Below are positions 60,640 through 64,000 of a stretch of 64,000 bases of DNA, piece after piece. The DNA is from Tubiluchus corallicola (taxonomy: Eukaryota > Animalia > Priapulida), in NCBI GenBank assembly GCA_030141605.1, contig JAQGDQ010000881.1, positions 1-64,000 on the forward strand, written 5' to 3'. The translations under genes and the position numbers were made by a program. A model generated the notes under the pieces. That model saw nothing but the letters and a program-made list of their open reading frames with translations, searched no databases and was not told the origin of the DNA. How positions within the stretch are numbered: the first letter of the stretch is position 1; each line of letters begins with the position of its first letter.

Positions 60640-62272
60640 CTGTGTGAACCTTCTTCTCCCTGTGCGACGACCCTTTTCCCCCTGTATGAGGTCCCTCTTC
60701 CGTCTGTGCGACGACCCATTTCCCCCTGTGTGACGACCCTTTTCCCCCTGTGTGAGGTCCCTCTTCCCCCCTGTGCGAGGACCCTTTTCCCCCGTATGAG
60801 GTCCCTCTTCCGTCTGTGTGAGGACCCTTTTCCCCCTGTGTGAGGACCTTCTTCCCCCTGTGTGAGGACCTTCTTCCAACTGTGTGAGGTCCCTCTTCTC
60901 CCTGTGTGAGGTCCCTTTTCCCCCTGTGTGAGGACCTTCTTCCCCCTGTGTGAGGTCCCTTTTCCCCCTGTGTGAGGACCTTCTTCCCCCTGTGCGAGGA
61001 CCCTCTTCCCCCTGTGCGAGGACCTTCTTCCCCCTGTAAGGACCTTCTTCCCCCTGTGTGAGGACCTTCTTCCCCCTGTGTGAGGACCTTCTTCCCCCTG
61101 TGCGAGGACCCTCTTCCCCCTGTGCGAGGACCCTCTTCCCCCTGTGCGAGGACCTTCTTCCCCTGTGCGAGGACCTTTTTCCCCCTGTGCGAGGACCCTC
61201 TTCCCCCTGTGCGAGGACCCTCTTCCCCTGTGCGAGGACCTTCTTCCCCTGTGCGAGGACCTTCTTCCCCCTGTGTGAGGTCCCTCTTCCCCCTGTGTGA
61301 GGTCCCTTTTCCCCTGTGTGAGGACCTTCTTCCCCCTGTGCGAGGACCCTCTTCCCCCTGTGCGAGGACCCTCTTCCCCCTGTGCGAGGACCCTCTTCCC
61401 CCTGTGCGAGGACCTTCTCCCCCCTGTGAGGACCCTCTTCCCCCTGTGTGAGGACCCTTTTCCCCCTGTGTGAGGACCTTCTTCCCCCTGTGCGAGGACC
61501 TTCTTCCCCTGTGCGAGGACCCTTTTTCTCTGTGCGAGGTTTCCTCTTCCCCCTGTGTGAAGACCCTCTTCTCCCCGTGTGAGGACCTTCCTCCACATGT
61601 GAGGACCTTCTTCCCCCTGTGCGAGGACCCTCTTTCTCTGTGCGAGGTCCCTCTTCCCCCTGTGTGAAGACCTTCTTCCCCTGTGTGAGGACCTTCTTCC
61701 AACTGTGTGAGGTCCCTCTTCTCCCTGTGTGAGGTCCCTTTTCCCCCTGTGTGAGGACCTTCTTCCCCCTGTGTGAGGTCCCTTTTCCCCCTGTGTGAGG
61801 ACCTTCTTCCCCCTGTGCGAGGACCCTCTTCCCCAAGTGCGAGGACCTTCTTCCCCATGTGAGGACCTTCTTCCCCCTGTGTGAGGACCTTCTTCCCCCT
61901 GTGTGAGGACCTTCTTCCCCCTGTGCGAGGACCCTCTCCCCCCTGTGCGAGGACCCTCTTCCCCCTGTGTGAAGACCCTCTTCTCCCTGTGTGAGGACCT
62001 TCTTCCCCCTGTGTGAAGACCCTCTTCTCCCTGTGTGAGGACCCTCTTCTCCCTGTGTGAGGACCTTCTTCCCCCCTGTGCGACGACCCTTTTCCCCCTG
62101 TGTGAGGTCCCTCTTCCCCCTGTGCGACGACCCTTTTCCCCCTGTGCGACGACCCTTTTCCCCCTGTGTGAAGACCCTCTTCTCCCCGTGCGAGGACCCT
62201 CTTTCTCTGTGCTAGGGCCCTCTTCCCCCTGTGTGAAGGCCCTCTTCTCCCTTTGCGAGGACCCTCTTCCCA
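60640..62272. repeat. ~22-bp pyrimidine-rich minisatellite
   Basis: Unit TGTGYGAGGACCYTCTTCCCCC with length variants. Confidence 0.95.
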
Positions 62273-63253
62273 CATATATATAACTTTTTATCGTAAATTT
62301 TAGCAAAATACATACAGTCTGATCTATTAATTACGACGCTGTATTAACCCGTATCTGCTGGAAGCTGCAGACGCTGCATTATTTTACTCATTTAACGAGG
62401 ATGCGGGTATGAAAGAGGCGTGGTCTGTCTACACGCTTGCAACGAATCACAACCATGACGGGTTTCTCTCAGCCAATGAAAACAGCAGGGCTTCATGCTA
62501 ATACGAGTATAATAGACCATTGACTCCCCTCTTGCAAACAAAACGCATTGTATTACGTGAAGTGGGTAAACAATACGTGTGTACATACTGCGTGTATCGA
62601 ATTGCAGTTAGCAAAAGAATCTATGTTTCACGCTGGACAATGGTCAAGTTTCAAAAACTTTTAAGAATTGTTAAAAGCGTTTAAAAAAGCTTCATATTTT
62701 AGCGACTTAAAAACAGCAAAAGCGAAAAAGAAATTCGTAAAAGTGCTGAAATTTAACTTTCAGTTTGCTAAAAAAAATTTTGTTTCAAACTTTGCCGTAA
62801 TCATTTCAACAGAAGAATTCTGTGCAGAAAACGTTAGCGGGTTCTGGAAGTTCAGTTCATCTTAAGCATTTTCTTATCCCAGAATTCCTGGGCCACAACT
62901 GTCAAATGCGCAAATTATTCTGTGTGCAGATATTTAATACATGATACATTTGATACATGTTGATACATTTGATCATAACAGCTTGGTTTGTCATAAACTT
63001 TCTCATTCTAGCTGTAATCGTCTGGCTAATTGTAGTGGCATTCTCGAAATAAAGTAGAACTCAACACTCTGCGAACAGAGGCAGGGAGTTTTATTACAGG
63101 AAAGAATGTCTCTATTGCGTTTATGGAAAAAGCAAAAAATAATAATTTACTGAACGATTACGCAAGCAGTGAGACTATTTCTCTAAAGAAACTAACACGC
63201 TGGACAGTTACAATAGTTATACTCCCTCAACACGAACCACTGGAAGCATCACC

Positions 63254-63484
63254 ATGCCTTGGGATGATTCCCCAAACTATCTCTCTTACCCACCTTGTAG
63301 ATTCAGTGGTCAACGAGTGACCACTTCTTACAACGAGAATGACTTCGCGTCGAGTTGGTCAGTCTGTTCCGCAGGGCGTGGAAGCGCTGCGCCTCCTTCC
63401 AGGAGCAGAAGTGGTCGAGACAAGGGGCGAGTAAAGAAGCCAAGTACGTACAAGCATGTCCCACATAAAGACAAACCACCTCAG
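63254..63484 (+). CDS. First coding exon of a probable second achaete-scute-family bHLH (c-type-like); gene continues beyond the window
   Basis: KKPSTYKHVPHKDKPPQ ends at a phase-0 donor CAG|GTATGC. From memory, YKHVPHxxKPPx immediately precedes the basic region (VARRNARER) in an invertebrate achaete-scute subgroup. The bHLH itself is not in the window. Confidence 0.62.
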
Positions 63485-63527
63485 GTATGCACGTTTTTAA
63501 TGCATTTTATTTATAGCGTTTTTGATT

Positions 63528-63919
63528 AATAAGCCTTCTCACAGTTACACTGTGCGCATGCGCAGTTGCTGCAGATCAAAGGTTAAGTGTACCAAACCAA
63601 TGCGTCTTAACTACAAGCGTCACGTGACATATGGGTAAAGCAAGGACGGCTGCCATCAGTTCAGTAACTTCAGTTGTTTTACGTGGACTTTACTTAATTA
63701 TGCAATAGTCTGTGCATAGAATGATTTACTAGCAGGATCTTGCTTGGAAACAAGAAAAAATGAACTAGGTAAGGTTCTAGTTAGCTGTAAAAACTGTTAT
63801 TGTTACAATAGCATGGGATGCGAGGCGTTGTCAAGTGTACACAAATGTGTTGTTTGGTGCACTTAACCTTTAACCTTTTCACAATCATCATCAATCACTG
63901 GAACTGTGAAACGGTCACT
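63528..63919 (+). mobile_element. MITE family A copy
   Basis: aataagccttctcacagtt ... aactgtgaaacgg; homologous to 16887-17219. Confidence 0.78.
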
Positions 63920-64000
63920 AGTTTTTCTGAACTGTGGTTGCATAATTTGCTTAATTGTTTAACTTCGTCTAACTGGTTTTAATACTTAGACAAATAACAG

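Noticed and set aside
60457-62306. Three long minus-strand ORFs (459-565 aa)
   Set aside because: They arise from a stop-free ~22-bp minisatellite open in all frames, with frame-shifting unit lengths and no domain.

Overview
AT-rich animal (invertebrate metazoan) genomic DNA with GT-AG spliceosomal introns; it is not prokaryotic. Five host genes can be read by hand. They are an intronless ankyrin/SOCS-box (ASB-like) gene (+), a 7-coding-exon cytosolic sulfotransferase (+), a 5-coding-exon METTL27/WBSCR27-like SAM methyltransferase (-), a 2-exon achaete-scute b-type (ASCL3/4/5-like) bHLH (+), and the first coding exon of a probable second achaete-scute-family bHLH (+) that runs off the window end. 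A ~3.5-3.8 kb direct duplication carrying the sulfotransferase last exon brackets the ~15 kb methyltransferase block. The rest is satellites/minisatellites (17, 22, 23, 29, 33, 35, 63, 68 and 80 bp units), degenerate (CCCTAA)n, MITEs (hAT-, piggyBac-, Kolobok-like), LINE/RTE/Penelope fragments and Penelope-type hammerhead ribozyme motifs. No clearly novel system is demonstrable. The best leads are the insertion-with-giant-duplication architecture, the stop-free in-frame intron, the gene-derived 80-bp array with a higher-order repeat, and the linked achaete-scute pair. Exon boundaries were checked by hand for frame continuity. Family assignments rest on recalled motifs, not database searches.
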